Assembly (NCBI GenBank): GCA_013265495.1
Contig: MU057560.1
Coordinates: 1,376,753-1,440,752, forward strand
Direction: 5' to 3'
DNA length: 64,000 bases
From: Vicugna vicugna
Taxonomy: Eukaryota
Each line of letters begins with the position of its first letter. Position 1 is the first letter of the stretch. This document shows positions 1-13,300 of the stretch, piece by piece. The translations under genes were made by a program, and so were the position numbers. The notes under the pieces were generated by a model. That model had not been told where the DNA came from. It was given only the letters and a program-made list of their open reading frames with translations, and did no database searches.

Positions 1-641
1 TCCTTGCAGGTGGCTCCCTGACGTCATAAGCTGGTCCCCACAGTTCCTGCCTGGGGAACAACCCACAGACTGGCTCTCCCGTTTGTAGGCTGTCCTCTTG
101 GTGGGGCGTCTTCAAGACAACTCAGATCTACCAAATTCCTGGCATCTACTTAGCCAAAAGGTGTGATACAGGTTGACTAACTCCTTGCCTGCCATCTCAG
201 GCTCTTCCCAGATTCTTGTCTTCATAGAGAAAAAGCTGGTTCAATTACCTACTCAAATTCTAGGAGACACACGTCAAACTTTTCTAAGACTCTTCTCAGT
301 GGGCTCCAGTCCTGGGCAGCATCGGTGAGACTTCTCAAGTTTCAAAGCTCAGCTAGCATCCAGCTGTGAGGACAGAAAATGCTTTCCCTTGTACTACAGG
401 GTAGGTGCACCTGCCGCTTTTGCCGAATCATTGTCTGAAAGCACCCCCACCCCTGCCACCCCTCAAGTAACAGGATGCGCAAGAAGTCTTCTTTCCGGGG
501 TGATAAGTCACTTCTGTGAACTCTCACCTCCCTGGGCGCTCCAGGGGTCTGGCGGTTTTTGCCGTGCTGTTGGAGAAGGACGCGGGTGCGGGCGGCAGGC
601 AGGGCTAGACGGTTGTTTCTCAAATGTTCCGGAGGAGATTC

Positions 642-1001
642 CTTGATGGGCCTACAGATTATCGTACTAAGTGAAGTAAGTCAGAGACAGATATCATGTG
701 ATATCACTTACATGTGGAATCAAAAAAATGATACAAATGAATTTACTCACACAAAACAGAAAGAGACTCACAGACATAGAAAACCAAGGGGAAACGGGTG
801 GAGGGATAAACTAGGAGTTTGGGATTAGCAGGTACAAACTACTGTATATAAAATAGATTAACAGTAGGGTCCTACAGCACAGGAAACTACATTCAGTACC
901 TTATAATAGCCTATAACGAAAAAGTATATATATATATAAACCACGCTGTACACTTGAAACTAACACAACATTGTAAATCAACTGTATTTCAATTAAAAAA
1001 A
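642..1001 (+). mobile_element. 5'-truncated L1 (3' UTR, artiodactyl type)
   Basis: ctaagtgaagtaagtcagaga...gatatcacttacatgtggaatc...aacacaacattgtaaatcaact plus A tail. Confidence 0.9.
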
Positions 1002-2147
1002 GTTAGGGTGGGAAGGTCTTCGGGAGAGCGCCATTCCCTTCTGAGTGTAAATTGAGGAGCAACGCTGAGCTTTGGAGACTAATGTAGCCCCTACACCCAT
1101 GAATCTGGGGAGTGATGTGGGGAGACGCACAGCGTCCTCCTACACCTTCCTCTAGAAGTCTGCCCCGCGGAGCAAAGCCAGAGTTCACCTTGCGCAGAAG
1201 TTCAGGCGAGGAGAGAGCTTCTCAAAACACTTCTCTTTGTCTCCTAATTAACATCATTTTTGTCTGATTCTAGCTTTAGGCGTTAAGGGTTTTTGTCATT
1301 TTATATTTTCAGTGTGAAAACCCTTGCCTTTCTTTCCGGCTCTGTGATATTTGGGGGAGAATATGGGTGCATGGCAAGCTGCCAGTGAGAGATCATTGAT
1401 CCAAGTGCCCACACGTGAGGGTCTGAATGAGCTCCTTTTTATTACAAATTAATAACTTGAGACATTATTTTATAAAGTTCAAAATGTACTGCAGTTCCAT
1501 AAAAATATTTCAAACATTGATGCACAATGAACGATCTACCTTTAAAACCTGTCACTATACCCCTAGGGAACCAATACAATTTCCTACATACCTTCTGGGC
1601 CCTTAATCTCTTAATCAATGCCAGTTTGGAGCAAATGTGATGAGTTCAGGACTAATTGAAAGGATACATATTATTAATGCCAGACATTCGCCCTCGCCTC
1701 TCAGCTTAGCAAGGTTCATTTTTGAGGTGAGCAAATTAAAGATTGACTCCCATGGTAGCAAAACACCCAGCGAGAGGGCGTAAGCTGTTTATATAGTGCA
1801 CCATCCCCTTTGGTCCAAAAGGCACACAGGTTAGCAGCCAATGTGTTCAAGCTTAGACCAAAAAGACAAGAATCTAATTGCAGCTTTTTGAATAACTCAG
1901 TGAAGGGTATTCTATTATTTCTCCTGGGCTGCATTTCACCAATGGAAAAACACAGACCTGGTAGTTCTCATCTTAGCCAGGGACACTGCAGAGATTAGAA
2001 ATTTTGAAAATTCATATGTAAATGACGTGGAAATTGTACTGCTGCTCCCACTGTCCCTGCCCTTCGAGATGAACAGAATCTTTACACTCAATGATATGAA
2101 ATAGATGTGCACTTAATGGACTTTTTTTTCTTGATGCCATGGCTTCA

Positions 2148-2215
2148 TATTTATTTACTTATTGAAGTAGAGTCAGTTTACAATGCTGTGTCAATTTCTG
2201 GTGTACAGCACGATG
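2148..2215 (-). mobile_element. Short L1 3' end
   Basis: attgaagtagagtcagtttacaatgctgtgtcaatttctggtgtacagca. Confidence 0.75.
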
Positions 2216-2301
2216 CAATGGACCTTTTAAGATAAATCAAAAAATACTTAAAGAGATGAACTAAATTCATTCTAATGAAAGAGGGTAGCTGGATAAATAG
2301 C

Positions 2302-2816
2302 ATATTAGTCAAGGTTCCCCAGACGCAGAGCCGACAGGACACATATGCTCACATACAGGAGATCTATTATAGGAATTGGTGCACGTAATTACAGAGGCCA
2401 AGGATCCCCAAGGTCTGCTGTCTGTGAGCTGGAGAACCAGAAAAGCCAGCGATGTAATTCAGTCGAGTCCAAAGGCTGGAAAACTGGAGGGCGAGGTGGG
2501 GGTGAGATGGTTTAAATCCCAGTTTGATTCCGAAAGCCCGAGAGCCAGGATCACCTCTGTCTGAGGGCAGGAGAAGACGGACGTCCCAGCCCAAGCGGAG
2601 AGCGCATTCCGCCCCCCTTCGGGGTTGGTTCTGCTCGGACGCCCACCGTCCTGGCTGATGCCCACGCACACGGGTGAAGGCGAGCGCCTGGACTCGGTCT
2701 GTAAATGCAGGGGCTAATCTCCCCCAGAGACATCCTCACCTCCAGAAGTAATGACTCACCAGCCCTCTGGACATTCTTCAGCCCAGTGAGGGTGACACAT
2801 AAAATTAACCGTCACA
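2302..2816 (-). mobile_element. MLT2-type (ERVL) solo LTR
   Basis: Ends ...gacacataaaattaaccgtcaca (reverse complement of the MLT2 5' end); internal aggaattggtgcac...ggagaaccag. Confidence 0.85.
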
Positions 2817-5800
2817 GATAGTAATTCCTCTTTTCTAGTAAATACAGAATTAAAGTTGAGACTCAAAGTGATTTTGAGAGGATTGAGATAGGAAAAGAGG
2901 AGAGGACCAGGCTGGGAATCATTCTCTGTGTCACCTAAATCTCACTGTTTTGGACTTTTGGAGGAAGGAAATAAAAATATTCCTGGTTGACACAGTAATT
3001 TATCAATCGTCAGGACAGAATGGGTGCCTGTCACAGAGAACACCCTGCGCCCTCTGACTTTCACTCCTAAGTCGCTCATTCATTCGTCCAGCGAGTGTTG
3101 AGCATCTCCTGAGTATCGGGGATAAAAAAAATTATGAAACGTATTCTTTACCCTTAATTATCATTTTTTCTAAGTAACAGATGCAGTATCATTGTAAGTA
3201 AGTGTAGGATGTATTTGTAGGGGCAACAGTATTTAGAACAGAATTTGAAATCTGGAATCCAGGGGACGTGGTGCACCTGCACACCATGTGTTCTGCTGCC
3301 GTAAGGACGCTTCAGGCCACACGTGACCATAGGCAACCGAGGGAATTTCTGTTCTTTAAACACTTCCCAAGAGTTACTTGGAAAAGTCCAACCAGCCCGT
3401 GGATTCCATACCCCGCTGTTAAAAAGACACTGCTTATTTCAAGAAGGAAATATAATCAGGAAATATCCCTCCAACCTGGCAAAAATAAAAAAACACACAA
3501 AAGACAAATTAGGTTAACAGCTTGTCGTCCACATATTTATTCCGCCGTCCAGACGCCAGGCAGGCTCGGGCGCTGCCCGTGCGGGGGCTGCGGGGGCAGG
3601 CCGTCCGGGCCGGGCACTGGCTCTTCCACTCCGGTGCTGTGACCTGGGGCCAGCCACCTGCCTTTACGTGCCTCAGTTACGTCATTCCCTTTCCCTTTGA
3701 TTTTGCACGAATAAGGGACAGAGTAACGAGAACTAACAGGAGAGGCCACGCTCGGCGCTCGCAGAGCTACAAAGCAAGGCAGTTCCTTCCAAGAGGCTCA
3801 GAGCCTTGTGTGACATTGATCACCAACAGGTATTTATTTTATAGATGTGTTAGCACATGTGTCAGAAAAAGGAAAGAAATAAAAACCACCTCTGTGGGTT
3901 TACTGTCCAGGTAAATAAAGAGTCACAATTTTTATATGGGTCTCCGAATCTGGACTGAGGTTTGGGGGTAAAGCAAAGAAGATGATTCCATGGGAGCTTT
4001 GAGTTATTTTCATGTAATTCGCCATGTACGACGCTCACCTGGAGTCACTGCTTCCAGTCCTGCTCTTGTTCGGGCACAACAGACACTAACAACTACTGCT
4101 CTGAGGTTTGAAATAAGCCCCATTTCTGAAGGTGCTGGATGGGGAGAGAATTGCCCTTCTGTGTACAGCGCCAGCCTCCTCCCTTCCCGGAGTACTGGCC
4201 GTGCTCCAGCGTCACTCCTGGTCTCGTTTTCATGTTGACGGTGGCCTTGACCAAAGAGAGCAGCATTTACCACAGTCTTCGTAGACATTAGGTGCTTCCA
4301 AGTCCATCACACCATCCAACTTTCACAAGACTCATCTGAGATAACCAGTCATACAAAAGTCATCTACGGTCACACTTGCAGGTGAGTGACGAGGTCAGGA
4401 ATCAAATCTGTCTCACATCCCACTGCAAAGCTCTAGCGCACTCTGCCCTACAGCGTCATCTTCATTTGTCTGAGACCCACCTGCATGACACAGCATCCAA
4501 GAAGTGTAATAAAGTACAGGAAACAAAAGCTCTCTCCTTCTCTGCCCCTGTTGACTCCGTTTCCTCCCCAGAGTCAACCACTGTTAACCAGTAGGTTGTA
4601 TATTGACATACGTAGCTTTCACCCCAAAACATGATAAATCCAAAGCGTGACTGGTTTCCAAAATATCCCGGAGCTCACATCCAGCTATCAAATTATATGA
4701 AGCTTTCTGAGTGTTCTTAATAGAGAGGACATATTTCATTATAAAAATAGACCATGATTATTTAACGTCTCAATAACTAGCCATTTGTTCCAAACTTTCT
4801 TTCCCCCCTTTCAGTAAAAACACGAAGAATCTCCTTTAAAGCTTACGGTTGTGATGTACTTGGAGGAGAGGAGAAGGGGAAGACAGAGCAAGGAGGTGAT
4901 GTCACCATACGTGGCAACCTAAGCCAACACAAACGGAAGCCTTGGGAAAAGTCATTGTAACTAAGTAATTATTTTCCCATATCGAGAGTTAATATTGCAC
5001 ATACACACATTAAAATGAGAACTAACGTAAAGAACGAACAGTCAGCATGTCTATAGCATCTCAAAACTCAGCCAATTTGCCACAGCACAGAGCTGCCCAC
5101 TGCTCTTCAGTGTTTCAGGCAAACTGCACCCACTCCCCCAAAACACCACTCAAAACGGAAAATGTGGGCTTTCCCCCTTAACATCATCTTCTCTTGAGAT
5201 TAAAATAAAGCACCACGCCCTGTCTGGGTGAAAGCTGTCACCACAGCAACGTGGGTTTATTAGCTACAAGGTCACTAATTTAATCCCAACTGTGCTCAAC
5301 TCTTTCTTGCATTAAAACACGTGTTCCACAAAAGTTCTAAACGCTTTTGCATAATTATTTACTAGCACCCCAATTTGGAGATTATTTCCACACGTAACTT
5401 TTCTGTGTTTGTAAAAATGATCTTTCAAATTTTTATGATTCATTTCAGGTTTGTCATTTCAAAAATAATCTGCATATGGTGGACGTACAATCATAAGCAA
5501 TACACAGACAGGCATTAACGTTTTAAATGATTACTCGGAAGAAGCAGCTGTGTTCTGAGAAATGTGCTGCAGTGAAGGCAAATAAATGGTCTTAAAAAAA
5601 CACTTTCGAAAGGAACAAGGCAGAATAATTGAGGTGGCACCTGCCTAAAATTTATTCTTTTATTCAAGAGACAGACGATTTTTTTAAATCCCATCTTAAA
5701 GAGTCAGTTACAATTAATCGGCAAGGAACATTTGCACGACGCATTTATTTTTAAAGAAAACTATTCAATCCGCATTTCGGGATTTCACCCGCTAATCAAT

Positions 5801-5995
5801 CCAAGAGCAGTCAAGAAAAAAAGCCGACTCAAACCACAGCATCATTAGGGGTTCTGTGTAGTTACGACAGAAAGTCTGCATGACTCAGACGTCGAGGAGG
5901 CGAGGGCGGCAGAGAGAAAGGTGGAGACTGAGACTGAGACAGAAAGGGAGGGAGGAAGGGAGGGAGAGGAAAAGACCGAGGGAGAAAATCCTTAC

Positions 5996-6100
5996 ACTAA
6001 CTCGGTTGTCCCTGTGCTGCTTTGCAACGTGTTCATTTTGGAGCCGATGTGCAGCACTCAGCTAGCTAGACTTCATCCTGGTCCTTAAAGGGCAGCCACT
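5996..6100 (-). other. Possible alternative first exon of a gene continuing leftwards (5' end unknown)
   Basis: Good donor TAGT|gtaagg at 5995; ATG at 6036 with A at -3 giving MNTLQSSTGTTEL; lies in a repeat-free stretch. Gene not recognised. Confidence 0.3.
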
Positions 6101-9100
6101 CTGGGGAGCGCTGTACTTTTCCCAGGGAGAGACCCACCTTCTTGTAGTAAAGTACAGCATGTGGCGATCAGACGGCTTTCTCGTTTAGCGTAACCTCTGT
6201 GCATAAACCTGTCTGACGTGGCCGGCTTACGGAACCAGTGAATCCTAACAGCAGATCTCAGTGTATTCACCCACAGAGCTGTAATTATTTACGGCACAGA
6301 AGTTAATCAGAAGGTCAGCTGAGAAAGTAAAAGTTCAGGAAAATGTCCAGCCTACATCACCAAGCAACAAGAAAGCATTTTTCTCCTGGATGGCTGGTGG
6401 TGGCTGTGTTCTGCATACACATCGTGTCTTTCAAAGACTGCAGAAGGACACTGCCTTGAAGGCGTAGCATTGCAGAGACGTGGACAACACAGGATTTGGG
6501 GCACCAAGTTTAATTCAAAAGGATTAAGTAGATTCATAGATTTTAAACCAATCAAATCACAGAGCCAATTTCTGCGTTCATTTTCCAGCTAACTTAATCA
6601 CACAGCCCCGAGTTCCGATTTCTCATCAATTATCCGAGCTGTAAAAACCCGGAGACCAATTCTGTGATGTGTTAATCAACACACGTGACACAGGGAAACA
6701 GACTTTATCGTGGTCTCTGGGCTGGAAATCAAACCAGTAACCACTGTTGATTTAGCCATATTCACCCTAAAGAAACATTAATATATTAATTACTTAATTT
6801 TTAAAAGTTATGCTGGTTGACCAGATCAGACAGCAAAGTACTTTAAAAAGCAAGGAAAATAAAAGCTGCTAGTGATTGAAAGCTAAATGAGACAACTGAA
6901 AAAAAAGAGAGAGAGAGAGAGAGAAAAGTCAAAGCAGGGAGATTTTAAGCGGAAGTGAAAAAGCTGTTTAAATGGGGTGAAGAAGATGCAGAACCGAACT
7001 GGGCACCTAGGGCCCCTCTCCAGAACGGCTCCCCAGCCCTGCCTGGGGGCACTCTGCACGACTGGTGGGAACGTGCGGTTAAACTTAAGACCATGAGCTG
7101 ATCCTGTTCCAAACTTCTATGTCATCTCATCTGGAGGTTTTCTCCCCAAGTAACTCAAAGACAATGTGTTAGGTTTGGACGACAACTCTATTTCAGACAA
7201 GTTAAAAGGATGAAAAATGAAGTCAGTGAGTACTGAGGTCCCATTAGGTTTTTTTTCAATTGTTGCAAGACGTAAAGTATATAACTCAGTAGATTAGACA
7301 CTTTTATGTACAAAATTGCCTGACATCAGGGATTCGTGGTCTGCAGCTTGTAGGAGAGAAGGAAAACAATTTTGGAAAGAAACATGAATTAATTTCAATA
7401 AATAAAAATTAACCATGTGTACATACTGATGTTTTCCAGACACACATGGCATTTGGGTCAATCTTAAATTTAAAATAAGTCAATTTTATACAGTTAAAAT
7501 TTACATACTGCCTAGAGACAAGTCCCAAGGAACCTTCAGGACAATATCGAGTTTCATCCTTCTATGACCTTTAAATGACAGACAGGCTTAGCATCGACCA
7601 AAAATACTCATTTTACCAACCTTTCTCCTCTTCCATTTCTCTTTACTTTTGTTGAAAATACAGTAATCGTAGAATGAGAACGCAATAAGATGGTGTACTT
7701 TATATTTACTTTCTAAAGTGGAAAAGAAGATAAACCTTTTGGTTTTAACTTAGAGCCAGAAGTCCGTATTTCAGTCCCTGCCAGGAAGTGAAGTAAGTCT
7801 GATGCTTAAGCGTAACGTCCTCCCCAGCTGAAAGGTGGGGTCCCGCCTCGCAGGGCTCAAGGGGGGGTTTCAGCACAGGGTTCTCCGCCAGCCAAGCCTC
7901 AAACCACTCCTTGTCCCACTGCCTCAGTTCGCTTGGTCACTTCCTCTGGAAAATCGCCTTCCTACCTCTGCTTGCCCACCATTAGCTCCCCCTTCTCAAA
8001 TGATCTTAAAGCTTAAGAGCAATGAAGAATGGTTCTCTCTCACACAGAGGGTATAAGCTAAACTGAGAAACTCCCGTAACGGATCCATTCGTCCAGAGAC
8101 CCAAGTGTCAATCACACAACTTCATCAGGGTGCGGCTAGGCCGACTGCTTAGGTTCAGTTACACGGTTATTAGCTACCCCAAGTCTTTGCTTTTTCCATT
8201 GACTTCTCTGTATTTCTCCTCTACGGCCTGCTTACAGTGGTCATGGCCAGAGGGTGCTCGGTTTGATGACAGCAAGATTATTTAATGTAAAATACTTTTG
8301 TATAAATTGTATACCCACATTACCACCCCACGAGCATGAGAAAGAGGTGGGGTTCCAGGTGAGAAAAGGCAGGACCTTACTGAGCACTTACACTTATTTA
8401 ATTCTCACAACTGTTCTCAGGGCTGAGGCATTCAATCCTCAGTGGAGACAGGAGGAAACTGACCTTCCAGATGATGCGCACACCCCGTCTGGGATAAGGT
8501 CCCCGCCTGGAATACTATGTAACACGATGCCTCTTAATATTTATTCGGTGTCTTTCAAAACAAACGTCCCATTGATTTATATCTGGGTTATTTCCTTTCT
8601 TTATCATCTGAGTTGTGACTTACAGAAGGCAGAATTTTGTTAATACTAGAAAAACAATAAAATGCAAACATTTGTACGTAACTAAATTGTTTTGGAATTT
8701 AAATGATATCTCATTAAATAAAGGTATCTGAGTACACAATTGATGGGTTATGAGGGTTTCAGTTTCTTTTACCTTTGTGGTGGCATAGAACTCTTCTGTA
8801 AAAAGCATGAATGATTTTACTAGGGACTAAATAAACATTATTTTTTAAAAGCTAACTATCTTGAAGGGCAAATTTATTACTTTCTTGATAAGTCCAATCA
8901 AATAGAAGCCTTAAAACACATCTTTTAACTGAAAAATGATTGAACTTTAATGTTCTCTATTAATGTATGTGTGTCTATTAAATTCAAAGAGACTTGAGTG
9001 AGTTCACTGTGTAGAATCGACATGGTAAATAGTGTGATGGCTGGTAACCATCTACAGGCAGGAATCTGCCACTTAATGTCAGTGATACCTAATTACCTTT

Positions 9101-9989
9101 AGCCCCCTCACCCATGAAAGGGAAATGATAAATCCTCATACGTTTAATGTGGCAATTCAACGACTTTAAACGAGACAACATGAGGGAAGAGATGAGCCAA
9201 GTATTCGGCACATCACAAGCACCCAAGGTGGGGAAGCTGTCATATAAAAAGTGAAAAACCATTAGAGAGGCTTCTTCATTTATGAATATTATGGAACAGC
9301 CATTACGACTAGGTGATCAAATGATCTTCCTGTAGGTTTCAGAGGAGTGAGTTAATTTTGCGGCCGTATAATTTCAGGGCTGGGAAGGGCCCTGGAGACA
9401 GAATGGGTAATTTTCAGTACATGTGCATGGGCAGAAGGGTGGGAGGCGATCAGACCCTCACCCCAGAGGGTCAGGATGTCTGGCGGCGGGAGACCTGCAG
9501 TTGTAGGAGTGTCTTCAATTTACTTACAGTTTGCATGACACAATCTACTTGACGAAAGAGTCCCGTATCACGTCCCATTCTTGTGGGTATATACAAATGA
9601 GAATGAGAAAGCAGATGTGGGATTTAAGACCCAGGAATATCAAGTCACACACCTCCCGCCCAGGGCACTTGACAGCGGTGCAAAAGCGGCCGCGAGCGCT
9701 TCTGACTTCTACTGTCGTGATTTCCCTTCCCTCATGTCCCAGCTCCTTTTCAAAAAGGCCGTTGCTTGAAGGAATTGAATTGCTTCCTTCTACTACCCAC
9801 TTACAGTGAAACTGCATTATTCTCAGCCAAAGAATTACAAATCGCTTTGGAAAAGACTGTTTTTAAACAAAACCTGGCTTAAATGAGCCCATAGTGCACA
9901 TCCTAGGTTCTGCGTTCCCAGAGTCATACCGCTCCGCTCCGACAGCCACAGGCAGGGGCCTCAACAAGGCCGTCTTTTCTTTTTTTCAC

Positions 9990-10347
9990 TCTTTTTTTTA
10001 ATTGAAGTATAGTCAGTTTATAACGTGGTGTCAATTCCTGGTGTACAGCACAAGGCTTCAGTCACACATGAACAGACATATATTCGTTTTCATATTCTCC
10101 TTCACCGTGAGCTCCTACAAGGTATCAAATACAGTTTCCTGGGCTTACAGTACAAACTTGTTTATCTGTTTTGTAGGTACCAGTCAGTATCCGCAAATCT
10201 CGAGCTCCCAATTTATCCCTTCCCCCGCTGCTCCCCGCTGGTGACCAGAAGTTTGTTTTTTGTCTGTGAGTCTTTTTCTGTTTTGTAGATGAGTTCGTTA
10301 GTGTCCTCTTTTTCCTTTTTTTTTTTAAGATTCCACATATGAGTGGT
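9990..10347 (-). mobile_element. 5'-truncated L1 (3' UTR)
   Basis: Poly-T, attgaagtatagtcagttta..., gattccacatatgagtg. Confidence 0.9.
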
Positions 10348-13300
10348 AAGCCAGAAAGAGACGGACAGTCATCTTTGATGCCAGCAGGAAAGGTCCCTCT
10401 TAATCACCGTGGGAAGTGGTTTCTAAAAGCAGGTATTTTTGGCTTTATCTCAAAGTTAGAAGAGGTGTGTGTGCATGCTGTGTGTAGGGGTGTGTGCATG
10501 AGTGTGTGTGAGAGAGAGATGCCCACGTACCCACGTGCATTTAATTCTCTTGATTTATGTTCATGTGTCTATACTGTGAATTCTGTCAGATTCCACAGCA
10601 AATAGCCCATGAGGTAAACAGCAGAGAAAACTAAAATAGGGATTTATTAATTAAGGCAATTGTTTCAACATATACCTGAAGGTATTAACATCGAATAATA
10701 TGAAATAATCCGGGGGGAAAAAATTCGCCCAGAGAAGCCCAGCTCTCTGTCTCTACTGGGAAAAGACTTCCCTTTCCCAACGAGATTAACTCCCTGCAAA
10801 TACCCTGCACTTTTCATTTAAATAAAGACTTGAGTATTTTTCTGTTTCCTGAAAAATAGATTGAAAGAAAGCATTAGGCTCCTTTCCAACAACAGGAACT
10901 CAGAGGGACAGCATCAGTTCCAACAATAATACTGGCTGGAAACAGTGGCCTCTCTGAAGGTGCTGTGTTGTGGCAGCATCGCTCCCCATCCCTGCAGCCC
11001 GTCTGCTCACAGTCCTGCAGGATGGTGGGGGTGAGGTGGGCTCTGTGTCCCGGGCAGAGGAGGGGAGTCCTAAGACCTGTGCAGGGTTGCCCACCTTCCA
11101 GGACTGGCAGCCGCTTCCCACTGTGAAACTGGTATTTTACCTAGATTTCTAAGGAGGCTTGTAGACACCTCGTCCATGAGATTGCATGATGATGCTGTTG
11201 GCTGGAAGACATTGCCACAGCCTTTAAGGAAAATAAAACAAAACAAAGCAAAAAAACAAAACAAAACACACAAGCAAAAACCACACACATTTTACCCGCT
11301 AGATGAGAGGGGCAGTGCCAAAAGCAAGCCCTCTTGTTCAGTCTCTGTCAGCAATCTGCTGATAAAAACACACATCAGGACATAAGCTCCTCGCTGCGGT
11401 CAAGAGCAGCTTCGTCATCCCGGGAGCTGTTTAAATGCTTTGGAATCAGATAGTCCTTGTTTCCATCCCCAGCAAAGCTACTTTCTAGCATGTGACCTCC
11501 GGAGAGCTGCTCGGTGTTTTGAGCTTCACAATTTTCTCCGCCTGTGAGATGGGTCACTAGACCTTATGGGCAGCATTTTGCTGGAGCCCAGCTCCCAGAC
11601 ACTCCCAGAACCACCGTGCTCACCTCTTCCAGGCTCTGCGTTCCCTGACGTCAGCCTGGGAGCTGGAAGTCTGCCATGGGAGCAGCTTTGCACCATAGAC
11701 ACTGGCAAATACTAACTTTTTTCCAGACAGCTGTGGTTAAACAGTTGCCAGTTCAGAACAGCTCTTAGGGGTGTGATAAACTGTGAATGGTACGGAAGAT
11801 TTAGCACAGGTAAATGTTTACTGATTTATAGCGGCCACGTTTGCCCTGGCGAAGTTAGCACTCGTCCTCCTCCAGTATTTCCCAAAACAACCTTCGGGCT
11901 TGACCCTGAACGCTCTCTAGCTCCACTAAATAGAAACAAAAGTGATCTGAGAGTCAGCGGAGGAGGGGAAGGAGAGACAAAGATCCCAGCTGCAGACTTG
12001 GCTGCATAGGATGTGGCCACGGAGCAACGTGCCCTGCTAAGTCAGCTTCCTCCCCAAGACACGAACAGGGAAACCCGTCCCTGCAGAGTTTGTGTAAAGG
12101 AAACTGAGAAAGCAGAAGTAAAGGTCCTAGCTTGCAGAGCATGTAGGGGAAACTAATTAAATCCCTTGCTTTCTTGATCTGGAGATTCCAGAAGCTTCAA
12201 ATAACTATAACGACAAAAAAAAATGTATTTCCTACTTCCCTTAATCTCAGAGGTGGTTGTCAGGGCGGTATATGAGCCGACAGCATCGCACTCCTAAGGC
12301 GGCTCTTCCTCAGGTAAGTACCTTCTTCACCTGAGAACCTGGCAAATGCTGAGCAGACAGAGCCTCAAGTAAAGCTTCACTGACGGGGAGGAAGGGCATG
12401 CAGAAAAATTTAACACCCCCTCAGCTCTCTAACCTGCCAAAAAGCCGCCTTACACACAGTAGTAAATTATAAAAAATAACCAAATACTAGCTATTGTAAG
12501 TATTAATTCCGATAGGAAGAAATTTATATTTGCTCGTCATCGATATGTAAGACGCTGCTGTGGGCTTTGGTAAACAAAACCTTGTGCGTTACAATATGAT
12601 CTTGACATTCTGAAGGGAAAGCAGCTAGTGATTTCTGGGCACATGTTCCTTTACATTAAATATTTTTCATGATAGTAGTTTGAGTTTGCAGTTGTTTTGC
12701 CCCAGCTTGCAGAATGTGCTTTCCTGTTTGCGAATGCAGTCCTAGATGTGCGTATAGAGGTCGTCTTGCATACAGCCACTTGGGTGTTTTAAGTTTCAGT
12801 TGGGGTCTTATGTAATCTCGCCCAGCACATCCATTGCTCACTTGTCAAGGACCACTTACAGAAAAACAAGGGGCTCCCGAGAGTATGCATCCTGCTGGAA
12901 TTTTTGTAATAAGACAATCTAATTCACAAAGCCCTTTCCTCTTATAAAGTCATTTGGGGAGCAGCATAATGAAATGGCTGCCATAAAGCTAAGAGAATCT
13001 GTTTTCTAACCTCATTGGAAAAGTTGGCTGAGATCTTAACATCAGAGCGGTGTTATTTTTAGTTTTCCTATTTCTGCATTTCTTCATGCATCCCATAGTC
13101 TCCTCCATGGCTTCTCTTGGTCGTTTCTCTTAAAGTCTACTTTGTGTCATTAAATGCAAATGTTTCTGTATGTCCGCACCAAGGAATGTTCGAGAACAGT
13201 CATGCCATGCAGCTGCTGAGTATTCATAAGTCGAGGAAGGAGTGAAATATCCTACTGTGTAACTCAAAAAATCAACAGGGGTGTTTCTTTATTTTGCCCA

